From: Polyangiales bacterium
GTDB taxonomy: Bacteria > Myxococcota_A > Polyangia > Polyangiales > Polyangiaceae
DNA: 64,000 nucleotides
Reading direction: 5' to 3'
Assembly (NCBI GenBank): GCA_038230375.1
Contig: JBBRNJ010000008.1
Location: 32,001-96,000, forward strand
Part shown: positions 34,931 through 45,332 of the stretch, piece after piece
Layout: each line of letters begins with the position of its first letter
How positions within the stretch are numbered: the stretch's first letter is position 1
Program-made: the position numbers and the translations under genes
The notes under the pieces: model-generated
The model's database searches: none
What the model was told of the DNA's origin: nothing
The model's input: only the letters and a program-made list of their open reading frames with translations

Positions 34931-36955
34931 ATGCCCCTGGGGTCGCTCCTTCGCTCGAGATCGTTCGCATTCGGAGCAGCTTTGGCCACGATCCTGGGGC
35001 TTGGGTGCGGGCCGTCCGCGTCACCACCGAAGCTGACGCCAGCACCGCCCGTTGCCGCTGTCGGAAGCGCGTCACAGAGCGCCGCAGCACCAGCACCTGC
35101 CCCAGGTTGCAATCCTGCGGCGCTGTCTCCGCTCATGCGTGACGTGACCACGGCGATCACCGCGCGCGACACAAACAAGGCTGACGATCTCCTGCTCGCA
35201 CGCCTCGTCACCGCTCCGACCGACCTCGCCGCAGAAACGGCGCTCGAAGCACTCCGTACCTTCGTCGAGGAGCTGCGCATCGCGAACATGACCCGCGCGT
35301 CCGAGGACGATCCCGTCACGCTCGACGCAAGCCGCAGCGCCACACCGCGCAAGCTCGGCGCCACCACGCCGGACATCGCGATCGAGCGAGACCTTGGTCC
35401 GGGCGGTGCGTACCTGGAGACAAGGGCCGATCGCATCGAGCCGGACGAGATGCGGCGGTTCCGCGCGCTACCACCGCAGGTGCCTGCAGAGCCGCCGCAA
35501 CAGCGCTCTCATCATCAGGCCTATGACGATCAGGACGTGTTCTCGCGCATCGACCGCGGCCACACCGTGCTCGTCGTCGGCCGTCCCGCTGCGCGATCGC
35601 GCGTGTTCCTGCTGCCGCCCGCAGATCTCGCGGCTGCTCGTCTCACCGGCGATGTGCTCGTGGTCAGCCAGACGCAAGGACGCAGTGCGGTGTCCGCATT
35701 CGACGCGAAGTCGGGTGCTGTCCTGTGGCAGGCCGAAGGCCTGGGCATCTCGGCGGTGGTCGGGGACTGGGTGATCTCGCGCGCGGAGAAGGGCGTCGAC
35801 GTTCGCGATGCCGGCTCTGGCGCCGTGGTCAAGAGCCTGCAGACCGGCGAGCCGCCGCGGGGCCTCAACGTCAGAGGTGATCGCATCTACGTCTATGGCA
35901 CGCGGCGCGATCTGGTGCTGCGTGTGACGCCGTCCGCGCCCACCACCCCGCCGGATCTCCCGCCGCATGACTCACCCGTCTTCCACGATGCAGGCGCCGC
36001 ATGTCATCTGGGCGCCGCGCTCGACGCCGTTGGCGCGCGCGATGTCCCGCGCCTCGACGCTGAGCTCGCGGCGCTCGCGAGGACCGAGAAGGATGGCGCG
36101 ATGCTCGTGCACCTCCGCCGCGCGCGAGAACGCCTCGTCGCGTGGAAGGAGCAGCGGCGCATCGATCGCATCGATCTGCTCGCCGCGGCGCCCACCGTGA
36201 TGCCCGCGCCGCCGTGGGCACGGCTCGCGCCCGTCGCCACTCCAGCGAGGGGCAAGCCCGTCCACGTGTCGCTGGCGCAGAAGAGCTCCATTCCGTACCG
36301 CACCTGGGAGCACGAGAAGCTGCCGGTCGTCGCCGCGGACGCCGCCGTGTCGATCCCGCCCGCGGGCCAGGGGAAGCTTCCGATGGGCGTGAGGACAGAC
36401 GTCCCGCCGTTCCTGGGCGTGTCGTCGCTGTCGCTCCTCGTGCCCCACGGTGACGACGCGCTCCTTCTCTATGGCCAACGGTGGCTCGCCATCGTGCGCG
36501 GCCAGCACACGGAGCGTCTTCTGGATCTGGACGCGTATCGACATCCGCCGATCGTGAGGCCCAAGAACGCGTTCCCGGGGCCGCCCACGCACGTGAGCTT
36601 CGTGGCGACCAAGGACGACGTCATCTACCTGTGCAACAACGGCGGCTACCCGTCCGAGATGGCGCGCGGGAAGACGGGCTACGTCACGGCGCTCGCCGCC
36701 AGCGATGCGCGCCTCCTCTGGCAGAGCGATGCGCTCGTGTGCGGCTCCGAGATCATCTTCTGGCGCGACTACATCGTCACGGGCTACGGCGGCGGTGGCG
36801 AGCCAGACTTCGTGCACCTCTTGCGCGCGTCCGACGGCGCGCTCGTTGCGAAGGCGCCAGTCGACACGGCACCCGCGGAGCTGTCCCTCGCCGGGGACCG
36901 CTTGACGGTGAATACCTACGAGCGCCAGATCGTCTTCGATCTTGCGGAGCGCTGA
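34931..36955 (+). CDS. lipoprotein with PQQ-like beta-propeller repeats
   Basis: LGLGC lipobox; AFDAKSGAVLW, RDAGSG, ALAASDARLLW, LRASDG repeats. Confidence 0.75.
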   Translation: MPLGSLLRSRSFAFGAALATILGLGCGPSASPPKLTPAPPVAAVGSASQSAAAPAPAPGCNPAALSPLMRDVTTAITARDTNKADDLLLARLVTAPTDLAAETALEALRTFVEELRIANMTRASEDDPVTLDASRSATPRKLGATTPDIAIERDLGPGGAYLETRADRIEPDEMRRFRALPPQVPAEPPQQRSHHQAYDDQDVFSRIDRGHTVLVVGRPAARSRVFLLPPADLAAARLTGDVLVVSQTQGRSAVSAFDAKSGAVLWQAEGLGISAVVGDWVISRAEKGVDVRDAGSGAVVKSLQTGEPPRGLNVRGDRIYVYGTRRDLVLRVTPSAPTTPPDLPPHDSPVFHDAGAACHLGAALDAVGARDVPRLDAELAALARTEKDGAMLVHLRRARERLVAWKEQRRIDRIDLLAAAPTVMPAPPWARLAPVATPARGKPVHVSLAQKSSIPYRTWEHEKLPVVAADAAVSIPPAGQGKLPMGVRTDVPPFLGVSSLSLLVPHGDDALLLYGQRWLAIVRGQHTERLLDLDAYRHPPIVRPKNAFPGPPTHVSFVATKDDVIYLCNNGGYPSEMARGKTGYVTALAASDARLLWQSDALVCGSEIIFWRDYIVTGYGGGGEPDFVHLLRASDGALVAKAPVDTAPAELSLAGDRLTVNTYERQIVFDLAER

Positions 36956-36968
36956 ATTTTCCCAGGAG

Positions 36969-38156
36969 CTACTCGCGCCGCTGATCGCGCGGGGGTGGAA
37001 CCATGTCTTCGTCGAAGACGAAGCTCTCGGCGCGTGGCCGCATCGGCGGGAGGTTTGCTGCCGCTGGAAGGACGGCCAGTGGCGCGGCCTTCGGAGGTGA
37101 TGGTGACGCCCTGTTCGCGGGTGACGGAGGCGGCTTCCGCGGTGGCAGCGGCGTTGCCTTCCTCGGAGGCGGTGGCGATGGCCTCGTGGCCTGCGTCACG
37201 GTGTCCACGTTGTTCTCCGGCACCACGCGGTCGACGCCGAGCTTGCGCGCGGACGCTGGCGGAATGAGCCCCAGCGCGCCCTTCGCCTGCTTGATCGCGA
37301 TGTGGAACGTCTCCGCGAGATCGCGCGCGGACTGGAACCGCAGCCCCGCATCCGGCGCGAGGCCGCGTCGCATCCACGCGTCCAGCGGATAGGCCGCCTC
37401 CTCCGAAAACGTTCGCGTGAGAGATGGCGGTGGGCCGCTCAGCGCGTCGATCGCGTCCATGACCGACTCGCCCACGTACGGCACCCCGCCCGTGAGGCAC
37501 TCGTAGGCGAGGACCGCGAGCGCGAACAGGTCGGCGCGCGCATCAGGCGATGCCCCGCGAAATACCTCGAGAGGCATGTACTCGGGCGTTCCGGCGATCA
37601 TGCCGACCTCGGTCGGGTGCGCCTGGACGACCTCCGCGATCCCGAAGTCCAGCACCTTCGCGAGCGTGCGACCGCGATCGTCCTTGGTGAGGAAGACATT
37701 GGCCGGCTTGATGTCCTTGTGTACGACTCCCATGGAGTGCGCTCGCGCCAGTGCACGCGCGACGTGCACGACGATCTCCTCCGTCTCGCCCAGGCCGAGC
37801 GTCTTCCGTTGGCTGCCGCGCTCGGTGCCGTCTCCGTGGATGCGCCGGTCCAGCGCCTCCCCTTCGAGCGCCTCGTACACGATGTACGGGACGTCGTTCG
37901 CGGAGAGGATGCCGTACGAGAGGACGCGGACGATGTGTGGGCTCAGCATGCGCGCACAGAGCTCGGCCTCGCGTTCGAACGCCGCCCGCCGAGCAGGGTC
38001 AGGCGAGAGCGCCGAGCGCATCACCTTCACGGCGACGTCGATCCCGAGCTTGTTGTCGCGGGCCAGCCACACCGCTCCCATCGAGCCCTCGCCGAGCGTC
38101 GACACGAGATGAAAGCGGCCTTCCAGCACCGCACCAAGGCTGAACGCGCTGCCCAT
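36969..38156 (-). CDS. Ser/Thr protein kinase with Pro-rich tail
   Basis: GEGSMG, VAVK, HKDIKPAN, DFG, GTPEYM, DLFAL. Confidence 0.9.
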   Translation of the reverse strand: MGSAFSLGAVLEGRFHLVSTLGEGSMGAVWLARDNKLGIDVAVKVMRSALSPDPARRAAFEREAELCARMLSPHIVRVLSYGILSANDVPYIVYEALEGEALDRRIHGDGTERGSQRKTLGLGETEEIVVHVARALARAHSMGVVHKDIKPANVFLTKDDRGRTLAKVLDFGIAEVVQAHPTEVGMIAGTPEYMPLEVFRGASPDARADLFALAVLAYECLTGGVPYVGESVMDAIDALSGPPPSLTRTFSEEAAYPLDAWMRRGLAPDAGLRFQSARDLAETFHIAIKQAKGALGLIPPASARKLGVDRVVPENNVDTVTQATRPSPPPPRKATPLPPRKPPPSPANRASPSPPKAAPLAVLPAAANLPPMRPRAESFVFDEDMVPPPRDQRRE

Positions 38157-38389
38157 GATGACGAAAACGTTAGCATGAGGCCAGCGCGCTTCCCGGCGGG
38201 AAATTCAAGCACATCCGTAGCATGGCCGGCGCCGCGCCCTGGCTGGCGTCGCGAAGCCCCCTTGATTTAGGCGGAAATATACCCCCCTCGACCTGACGAC
38301 GGAAAGTGACTAGGCTGCCGCCCCGAGGCTCGCGCCTCCGGAGCGAAACACTGGCCGCGCAAAGACGCGCCAAGGCGGGAGTTTTTCGG

Positions 38390-39118
38390 GTGAACGAGCG
38401 AATCAAACAGCTACTTTTGTTGGGGCGCGAGCACTACGAGAAGCGTGAGTTCGATCAGGCCGAGCAGCTCCTCCGCGAGGTCCTGGGCGACGCAGACCGC
38501 TACGCCGACGTCCACAACATGCTCGGCGTCATCTGTCATGGCCGTGGCAACTTCGTTCAGGCCGAGCACCACTTCGAACGCGCGCTCGAGCTCAACGCGA
38601 GCTACACGGAGGCCGCGCTGAACCTGGCCGTCACCTACAACGATCGCGGCAAGTACGAGAAGGCGCGCGAGGTCTACGCGCGCATCCGTGTCAGCCAGAC
38701 TGGGCCTGATCAGGGCCTCGACCCGTTCGCGCGCGGCAAGATCGCAAACATGCATTCAGAGCTCGGTCAGGCTTATGCCGACGCAGGGCTCGCCGCGGAG
38801 GCGATCCACGAGCTCGAGAAGGCGACAGCGCTCTGCCCGCAGTTCGCAGATCTGCAGACCAAGCTCGGAACGCTCCTCCGCGAGCAGAGCGATCTAGCGG
38901 GCGCCAAGGCCCGCTACGAAGCGGCGCTCCACGCTCGCCCGAACTACGTCCCCGCGCGCATCCAGCTCGGTGTCACGCTGCTCTCGCTGGGCAACGCGCT
39001 CGGCGCGACCGAGGCGTGGCAGCAGGTACTGACCGTGGAACCGGAGAACTCGCAGGCGAAGATGTACCTGCGGATGGTCGAGCGACAGAAGTCGCAGCCA
39101 CCGCCCGGCGACCTCTGA
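38390..39118 (+). CDS. TPR repeat protein
   Basis: YADVHNMLG, YTEAALNLA, FADLQTKLG, YVPARIQLG; GTG start after GGGAG. Confidence 0.88.
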   Translation: MNERIKQLLLLGREHYEKREFDQAEQLLREVLGDADRYADVHNMLGVICHGRGNFVQAEHHFERALELNASYTEAALNLAVTYNDRGKYEKAREVYARIRVSQTGPDQGLDPFARGKIANMHSELGQAYADAGLAAEAIHELEKATALCPQFADLQTKLGTLLREQSDLAGAKARYEAALHARPNYVPARIQLGVTLLSLGNALGATEAWQQVLTVEPENSQAKMYLRMVERQKSQPPPGDL

Positions 39119-39296
39119 TCAGACTGGGTGGTTAGGGTCGTGACGCCCACGCTCGTCCCCGCGGCGTGCAAATGGTGACGTGCGCCCGGACGTGGCCAGC
39201 CGACGCGTCGATTGCGTGATCGCGTTCGAGGCGCAAATTGCAGCGCGAACGTCGCACTTGTGCCCGTGAGGCACGACGCTTGCTGAACGGTGCAGA

Positions 39297-40634
39297 ATGC
39301 AACTCGGAAGAGCCCTCCTGGGAGCGTCGGGCGCGCTCGCGATGATCTCGTTCGTGGCATGCGGCGGAAAACAGTCGAACGGTGACGATGCCACCCTCGA
39401 CGACGCCGGCGGCTGCATCAGTGCACACTGCATTCCCGAAGGTGGTGTCGGGCCCATCGGCGACGGTGGCATTCCGACTCCGCCGCCGGTGCGCGATGGC
39501 GGCAGCAGCACGACCGACGCTGGTGTTGCGTGCTCCACGATGTGCGGCGGCGCGTGCGTGTCCGCCGAGGATCCGAATCATGGGTGCGGCACATGTAAGG
39601 CCTGCGCCAGCGTCGCCAACGGCACACCAACATGCAACACGGGCGCGTGCTCGACTGCGTGCAATCCGGGCTACTCGGCGTGCGACACCGGATGCTGCGC
39701 GTGCGGCGACACCCAGTCCGACGCCAAGAACTGCGGCTACTGCGGTCACGACTGTGGCAGCGCAGCGTGTAGCAAAGGCATCTGCGAGAACGTGGTGCTG
39801 GCAACCGCGCAGGTGGATGCGTACGCCGTGGCAGTGGACGAGACCAATGTGTACTGGATCGTGGAAGGCACCGGCGGCGATGGCGCGGTGATGAAGCTGC
39901 CGCTCAGCGGCGCGGGCGATCCGATCCCGGTGGCGCAGGGGCTCTCGTATCCGGCGGCCATCACCGTGGACGCGCAGAACGTGTACTTTGCAACGATCGA
40001 CGCCGTCATGTCCGCGCCCGTCGGCGGTGGCAGCGTCAAGACGCTCGGCAACATCATGGGCAGCCCCGCGGGCATCGCCGTGGACAAGAGCCAGGTGTAC
40101 GTGTCGCTCGCCGGGTACTCGCCCATGGACAAGGGGTCGCTCATCGCGCTCCCTCTCACAGGCGGCAGCCAGAAGATCCTTGCGGACAATCTTGACCAGC
40201 CACGCGCCGTCAGCGCGAACGCGACGTCCGTCTACTTCGCGGACGCGACCGACGTGTTCTCGGTCGCGTCCGGCAACACCCACACGTACGCGGCACAGCA
40301 GTATGCGTATGCGATCACGGCGGACAGCACGCACGTGTTCTGGACGTCTGGCCTGGACAACGGCGCGGTCTTCCAGGGACAGACCAAGGGCGGTCCTGCC
40401 ATCAAGCTCGCGCGCAACCAGTTCTATCCGAACGCGATCGCCGCGGACGGCAAGGACGTGTTCTTCACCGTGGGTCAGGGCGGCGGCGGTCACGTCATGC
40501 GGGTGCCCATCGGTGGCGGCACGCCCGTCGCGCTCGCAGCCGGTCAGGCCTATCCCACGAGCGTCGCCGTGAACTCGACCCACGTGTTCTGGGTGAACTT
40601 CGGAACGGGGACGATCAACAGCGTACCTAAGTGA
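39297..40634 (+). CDS. lipoprotein with myxobacterial-type Cys-rich repeats and beta-propeller
   Basis: VACGG lipobox; DPNHGCGTC, DAKNCGYCGHDC; seven AVD...VYW-type blades. Confidence 0.85.
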   Translation: MQLGRALLGASGALAMISFVACGGKQSNGDDATLDDAGGCISAHCIPEGGVGPIGDGGIPTPPPVRDGGSSTTDAGVACSTMCGGACVSAEDPNHGCGTCKACASVANGTPTCNTGACSTACNPGYSACDTGCCACGDTQSDAKNCGYCGHDCGSAACSKGICENVVLATAQVDAYAVAVDETNVYWIVEGTGGDGAVMKLPLSGAGDPIPVAQGLSYPAAITVDAQNVYFATIDAVMSAPVGGGSVKTLGNIMGSPAGIAVDKSQVYVSLAGYSPMDKGSLIALPLTGGSQKILADNLDQPRAVSANATSVYFADATDVFSVASGNTHTYAAQQYAYAITADSTHVFWTSGLDNGAVFQGQTKGGPAIKLARNQFYPNAIAADGKDVFFTVGQGGGGHVMRVPIGGGTPVALAAGQAYPTSVAVNSTHVFWVNFGTGTINSVPK

Positions 40635-41427
40635 CGGGCCACGGCAGCGTGGCGGGATCGCCCTTCACCAGGTCTGCATCGAACACCTCCGCGAACGCAG
40701 TCGTCGCGGCAAGGCCGACCTCTTCGCGCGAGGGCAGCGGAGACACAAGAAGACGCTCGAGCGACGTCACGCCAACCTTTGTGATGCCGCACGGCACGAT
40801 GCGCGAGAATCCGGCCAGGTCCGTGGCGACGTTGAGCGCGAAGCCGTGCATCGTCACCCAACGTGAGAGGCGCACGCCGATCGCGCCGAGCTTGCCGAGC
40901 ACGGGCGCCCTCATGTGGCCCATGAGATCGTCGTCCTCGCCCTCCTTGATCAGTCCCAGCATCACGCGCGCGGCGCGCTCGTCCCAGTCGGTGGGATTTG
41001 TCTCGTCCACCCAGACGCCGATGTAGAGCGGGTCGCCTGGGATCACGCCGGCGGAGATGCCGTACTTCGCGGCGACCTTGATCATCACCTCTGCCAGATC
41101 ACGCACGTACTTCCGGACGTCGCGGCGGTCCGGCGACAGATCGAGGATGGGGTACCCCACCAGCTGACCCGGGCCGTGATACGTCACATCACCTCCGCGG
41201 CCGGTCTCGTGGAGATCCACGCCCAGCTCGGCGCGCTCGGCTTCGTCGATGAGGACGTGCCCGCTGTCGGCGCCACGCCCGAGCGTGATCACGGCGTCGT
41301 GCTCCAGGAGGAGCAGCGTGTCGCCGATCTCGCCGTCGATGCGGGCCTTCTGGAGGCGCTCTTGCAGCTCGTGGGCGCGTGCATAGCGCACCTTGCCGAG
41401 CTCGTACGTGTGGATGGTTCGTCGCAA
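40627..41427 (-). CDS. lipB: lipoyl(octanoyl) transferase
   Basis: LEHDAVITLG, RGGDVTYHGPGQLVGYP, GAIG, HGFALN, IVPCGI. Confidence 0.95.
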   Translation of the reverse strand: MRRTIHTYELGKVRYARAHELQERLQKARIDGEIGDTLLLLEHDAVITLGRGADSGHVLIDEAERAELGVDLHETGRGGDVTYHGPGQLVGYPILDLSPDRRDVRKYVRDLAEVMIKVAAKYGISAGVIPGDPLYIGVWVDETNPTDWDERAARVMLGLIKEGEDDDLMGHMRAPVLGKLGAIGVRLSRWVTMHGFALNVATDLAGFSRIVPCGITKVGVTSLERLLVSPLPSREEVGLAATTAFAEVFDADLVKGDPATLPWPVT

Positions 41428-41447
41428 AATCTGGTGTTGGCTGGTGC

Positions 41448-43016
<1,569 letters not shown>

Positions 43017-44576
43017 TCAGTCGGGGATCTTGGCGCCTTTTTCGGTCTGCTCTTCGCGGTAGGTGTCGAGGCCTTCGTTGAAGCTCGCGGCGACCTCGGG
43101 GTCGAACTGGGTCGCGGAGCAGCGCTCGATCTCGGCCACGGCCACTTCGTGAGGCAACGCGCGGCGGTAGGCGCGGTCGGAGGTCATTGCGTCGTAGGTG
43201 TCTGCCACTGCGATGATGCGCGCGATGATCGGGATGTCGTTGCCGCGCAGCTGCAGCGGGTAGCCGCGGCCGTCCCAGCGCTCGTGGTGCAAATGCACGC
43301 CGGGGACGAGCGGGTTCAAGAACTTGATGGGCTCCAGGATGTCGCGACCGAAGCCGGGGTGCCCCTTGAAGATCTCGTACTCGTCCTGGGTGAGCTTGCC
43401 AGGCTTGTTCAGGTTCATCACGCAGCCGATCTTGCCGATGTCGTGCATGAGCGCGCTCTGGCGTACGACCTCGACCATGTCGACCGGGAGGCCAAGGCGC
43501 ACGGCGAGGTACATCGCATACGTGGCGACGCGCTCCGAGTGACCGGCCGTGTAGCGATCCATCTTGTCGATCGCGGACGCGAGGCCCTGGATGGTCTGCT
43601 GGAACGTGGCGCGCAGATCCTCGTAGAGGCGCGCGTTCTCGATCGCGGCGGCAGCGCGTGACGCGACGATGGAGAGCATCTTGCGCTGCCCTTCGTCGAA
43701 GCGCTTGTGCTTCGCGAAGCTGGCGACGCCGATCCATCCGAGCAGCCGTGTCTTCATGCGGAGCGGCACGCAGAGCAGCGACGTGATGTCGACCTCCGGG
43801 GCGCGCGAGAAGAAGCGCAGGCTCTTCTGGCCGTGCTCGAGGAGCATGGTGTCGGCCGCGAAATGCGCGATGAAGGCCTTCGGGTCCAGCGCGCCGTAGT
43901 CCGCGCGCGGCGCGTCGGACGCGCTCACCACGGGGGGGCCACCAATGATGAGCTCGACCTTCCTCTTGGGGCCAGCGGGGCTGATGAGGTGCTGGCGCTC
44001 GAAGTAGCCGCCCTCGCCGTCGTCGAGCCAGGTGGAAACGAGGTCACCGTGGATCTCGTTCAGTGCGGTCTCGCCCACGGTCGCGAGAACCTCGTCGAGT
44101 GAGAGGCTCGCCTGGATGGCCTCGCTCACCTTGTAGAGGGACAGGGCCTCCTTGAGGCGCAGGTTCTCGGCGGAGAGGCGCTGCTTCTCCAGGCCGCGCT
44201 GCACGACATGAATGACCTCCTCCACCTTGAACGGCTTCAGGATGTAGTCGTACGCGCCACGCTTCATCGCGTCGATCGCCGTCTCGACCGTGCCGAAGCC
44301 GGTCATGATGACGGTGAGCGCGTGCGGTGCCGCATGGCTGATCGCCTCGAGCAGCTCGATGCCGCCCATGCGCGGCATCTTCAGATCGCTGATGATGAGA
44401 TCGTAGTGCGCGTGATTGAGCTCGTTCAGGGCGGCCGCACCGTCCTCCGCCGTGCGCACGACGTAGCCTTCCATGCCGAGGAAGTCCGCGAGGATGTCGC
44501 GGATGAACTTCTCGTCGTCCACGACAAGGACGCGGGGGCGATCTTCGAGTGCTGTCACAGGCTGCTGAACGATCAT
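43017..44576 (-). CDS. response regulator REC-GAF-HD-GYP cyclic-dinucleotide phosphodiesterase
   Basis: VVDDE, SDLKMP, KPF; GAF ending AIENARLY; GHSERV, HDIGK, HHERWDGRGYP, ADTYDAM. Confidence 0.92.
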   Translation of the reverse strand: MIVQQPVTALEDRPRVLVVDDEKFIRDILADFLGMEGYVVRTAEDGAAALNELNHAHYDLIISDLKMPRMGGIELLEAISHAAPHALTVIMTGFGTVETAIDAMKRGAYDYILKPFKVEEVIHVVQRGLEKQRLSAENLRLKEALSLYKVSEAIQASLSLDEVLATVGETALNEIHGDLVSTWLDDGEGGYFERQHLISPAGPKRKVELIIGGPPVVSASDAPRADYGALDPKAFIAHFAADTMLLEHGQKSLRFFSRAPEVDITSLLCVPLRMKTRLLGWIGVASFAKHKRFDEGQRKMLSIVASRAAAAIENARLYEDLRATFQQTIQGLASAIDKMDRYTAGHSERVATYAMYLAVRLGLPVDMVEVVRQSALMHDIGKIGCVMNLNKPGKLTQDEYEIFKGHPGFGRDILEPIKFLNPLVPGVHLHHERWDGRGYPLQLRGNDIPIIARIIAVADTYDAMTSDRAYRRALPHEVAVAEIERCSATQFDPEVAASFNEGLDTYREEQTEKGAKIPD

Positions 44577-44731
44577 AGTCAAACCGCGCGCGATTCGTGG
44601 GAGAAAAGACGCGGGGCGTCATTGTAGCCCTCGGGTGTCCGCGCGGCGACAATCCTTTTGCCAATGCCGTCTACGCATTCCCTGCGTGGCTTGCGTGCAC
44701 CGCGTGCGCTGACTAGCGTCGCTCGACAACG

Positions 44732-45331
44732 ATGGGCAAACCGCTCGATCCCAAGCGAACCTATGTCGCGGCCGCGTTTCTGGCTGTGGTGGCGAGCCTC
44801 GTCTGGATCGCGCTGGGACACAATCCGTTGATCACGGAGCCTGCGCTCGGGCGGATCCCGGGGCCTGCGCTCGTGGCGCTGTCGGTGGTGCTCGGGATCG
44901 TGATCGCTGCGATCTCCGTTCGCCTCACGCGCCGGCTCGCAGAGCGGGTGGACTGGGCGCGCGAGCTCGCGCGAAGTCTGCGCACGCGTCTATCGGGCGC
45001 CAGCACCGCGGAGCTACTGCGTACGGCTGTGCTCGTGGGCGTGACGGAGGAGATCTTCTTCCGTGGGATCCTGCAGCCCGTCGTCGGCATGTGGGTCGCC
45101 GCGTTTGCATTCGGCCTGGTGCATGCAGGTCCGGGACGTACGCGCCTCTTCTACGCCGCGTGGGCCGCGCTCACCGGCCTCTCGTTCGGCGCGATCTTCT
45201 GGCTCACGGGCAGTATCGCTGGACCCATCCTCGCGCACGTCGTCATCAACGCAGCGAACGCCCACTACCTGCGTGACCTCGCCGCCGAGCCTCGCCGCCG
45301 CCGCGCGCTCGGCGGATTGCTCTCTCGTTGA
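44732..45331 (+). CDS. CPBP (Abi/CAAX) intramembrane glutamic protease
   Basis: EEIFFRG, FGLVH, AHVVIN. Confidence 0.88.
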   Translation: MGKPLDPKRTYVAAAFLAVVASLVWIALGHNPLITEPALGRIPGPALVALSVVLGIVIAAISVRLTRRLAERVDWARELARSLRTRLSGASTAELLRTAVLVGVTEEIFFRGILQPVVGMWVAAFAFGLVHAGPGRTRLFYAAWAALTGLSFGAIFWLTGSIAGPILAHVVINAANAHYLRDLAAEPRRRRALGGLLSR

Positions 45332-45332
45332 C

